A stretch of 64,000 nucleotides of DNA from the NCBI GenBank assembly GCA_028534125.1, contig CM052832.1, positions 15,192,001 to 15,256,000 on the forward strand. Direction: 5' to 3'. The stretch is from Lama glama (Eukaryota). The notes under the pieces were generated by a model, which saw only the letters and a list, made by a program, of their open reading frames with translations, made no database searches and was not told the DNA's origin. Of this stretch, positions 61,950-64,000 are shown in pieces. The number at the start of each line of letters is the position of its first letter. The first letter of the stretch is position 1. A program made the translations under genes and the position numbers.

Positions 61950-63235
61950 GCTTTTTCCCTCCTTGCTCATCAACCATCGTGAAGAGGAGGCTTAGCGTAA
62001 TATGCTTTTAAACTTGTAAAATGCCAAGGGAATAACTGTAAGCTAGGATTCCTTGTTGCCACCACCTGAGGACCGGTGAGGTATATAGCCAAGCATGGCT
62101 CTGAGAGCCCAGTTCTCTCCTCAGCACTCAGCCAGGTCGGCAGCTCACATGTTCATAAAGTAGGTCCTTCAGGTGTCCAGACAAGATGCGCTGCCTCCAT
62201 TCCACAGTTCACAAGGCAGCTCTATAACTGTTCCCTCCTAACTGGCAAAGGTGGCCTCCCATCCTCCATCCCATGGAATTTAGAGTCATTCTGGCAAATC
62301 TCTCATTCTTGCACCAACCCCAAATAGGCATTGAACCAAAGGCAACATTCAGGCTGAGGGCAGATCAAAGAAAAAGGAGCTGCTTCTTGGTCTTTACGTG
62401 TCTTTGTTCCCTTGCTTTATCCAGCTCTAGACCCCTGCTCACATGGCCCGTCTTTCTACTGAAGGGGCCCTCCGCCGGCCTCGGGTGGGATGGTGTGAGA
62501 CATTCCTTGGTCATGACGTGTTACATAGTGAGATGTTACATGAATTCTAGTGGCCAGGTACCTTCATGCACCCAGCCCAGCCAAACGCTAGCAGATGGCA
62601 TGTCAAGAAATAAATGTTCTCATCTCAGGAGGGTGGGAAGGAGGCAGGGCCTGGGTCCTACTTCCAATTCTGCTATCACTGAGTGGGTGGGCAGTTCCTT
62701 ATTGCATATAAGCCTTGGTTTCCTCCAGGGTTGGATTTCAGACCTTTCCCAGAGTCTCTTCTTTGGCTCTGACATCATAGGCTGTAAGAACACTGGGGAT
62801 CCAGTCATCAACGCTAAAGTCAGCTCAATAAATAACCTTCTAGTCAGAATTATCCACAGAGGCCCCACCTCAGCCCCAAAGTGGGCAGGGTCTGAAAGAA
62901 ACTTGAGTTTGCCTAGACTGCCCCTCCTCTCCACAGAACCCGGTGCTGGTGACTGTACACACCTGTGACTGAGAACTGGGTCAGCCACTGGATACTCATG
63001 ATCACCATCTGCCTCCTTGTGGTCTCCCCACCCAGTCTCACAGACTGAGCTGGTTTCCCCTTTACACACTGGTATCCATCAGGCCCATCTTCCCACACTG
63101 CACCCCTCACCTCTTCTCCATGTGGAATGTCCTCAGGGTAACCTGATCCAGCCACCTGGGATGGCACTCCCCTACTTGACACTATTAGGAGCCCCAGTAC
63201 CTGGGTGTTAATTTCTCTGAACACTAACTTCCTGG
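61950..63235 (-). mobile_element. Second decayed CR1/L3-type LINE ORF2 fragment
   Basis: Minus strand gives, in order, VFREIN (like GDFN), LGG-DH, VGPL.DN, SVLT.YD, LKSNPG..KEL, G.MKG..LEF, FA..TL (like FADDTKL), EERELG-like (like ERDLG). Confidence 0.55.
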
Positions 63236-63499
63236 TGGGTTTAGTGTAAAACTGTTGAAGAAAACCAAAGGGCGGTGCATCTGATCAGCAAGAGGGCAGG
63301 AAAGGGAGACATTCCATTCCTTATCCCCCTGCCTGCCCCCTACCCTGGCAGCCAGACCCCTGCTCCGCAGCCTCTCCTTCCCAGGCCTGGTCTAGCAACC
63401 CCTCTGGGCCTCTTACCCCCACCCCACTCCACACTCATAAGGGAAGCCCTTATTAGACATGAAGGATGTCACCACAGAGGTGAATAGGACTAAGATTTC

Positions 63500-64000
63500 T
63501 GCAGAGGACAGACCTGAAAACAATTAAACCTGAGAGCATGTGATACAATTTCTTAGGGAAACAGAGTGTTCTGTAGCCAAGGAAAGGCCGATGAGTTCCA
63601 GGTAGAGCACACAGAGAAGTGATGCTTGAACTGGGTCAAAGCAGTGAGTTGGGAATTGTGGGTCTATGGATTTGCTCAACAAAGGTGGGGGTCTGTCTAG
63701 GAACCCTCAGCAGAAAGCCCTGGTGGAGACAGGAGCATCAGAGGAGGCTAGAGAGGGAGCACTCACTCTGGCCAGGGAGACGGACGTGCCTGGTGGTTAG
63801 CATGGTGTGGTGTATGGCAGTGACCAGGCTGTGAACCCCAGTGTAAGTGATAATCAGATGGAGAGCGATCGATTTTGCCTGAGGAGGCCGGTGAGGCTTC
63901 ACAAGAAACTTCATGGAGCTGGGCTCCAGCCCTATCATGGCCTGGCTGGAGGGGTCAGCGTGGGAGAGGAGCAGAGGGCAAGCAACCAATTTTGATATTT
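63500..64000 (-). mobile_element. L2 fragment
   Basis: 'agaagtgatgcttgaactgggtc', 'gcagaaagccctggtggag', 'gggctccagccctatcatgg'. Confidence 0.5.

Noticed and set aside
62273..62968. 231-aa plus-strand ORF
   Set aside because: Antisense to the CR1 relic, with no coherent protein features

Overview
Mammalian genomic DNA, probably camelid (two young Vic-1-like tRNA-derived SINEs). I see no intact protein-coding gene; nearly all ORFs in the track are chance frames. Much of the window is old interspersed repeats: MIR, L2, L1M, hAT DNA transposons, MaLR/ERVL LTRs, a decayed ERVL provirus and two long CR1 LINE fossils. Several AT-rich, motif-dense blocks look like enhancers. The main observation is on the + strand from about 28.6 to 60.9 kb. 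Reading across frameshifts gives a colinear series of heavily decayed exon relics: four VWA domains separated by FN3 repeats, a TSPN (LamG-like) domain, Gly-X-Y exons, an NC2-like interruption, and a terminal Gly-X-Y block ending in a Cys pair and stop. This is the domain order of the FACIT collagen XII/XIV/XX family, most like collagen XII, and some GT-AG junctions survive. I interpret it as an ancient intron-containing unitary pseudogene, possibly a lost ohnolog. All family comparisons were made by eye from remembered consensus motifs with no database search, and most relic and repeat boundaries are approximate.
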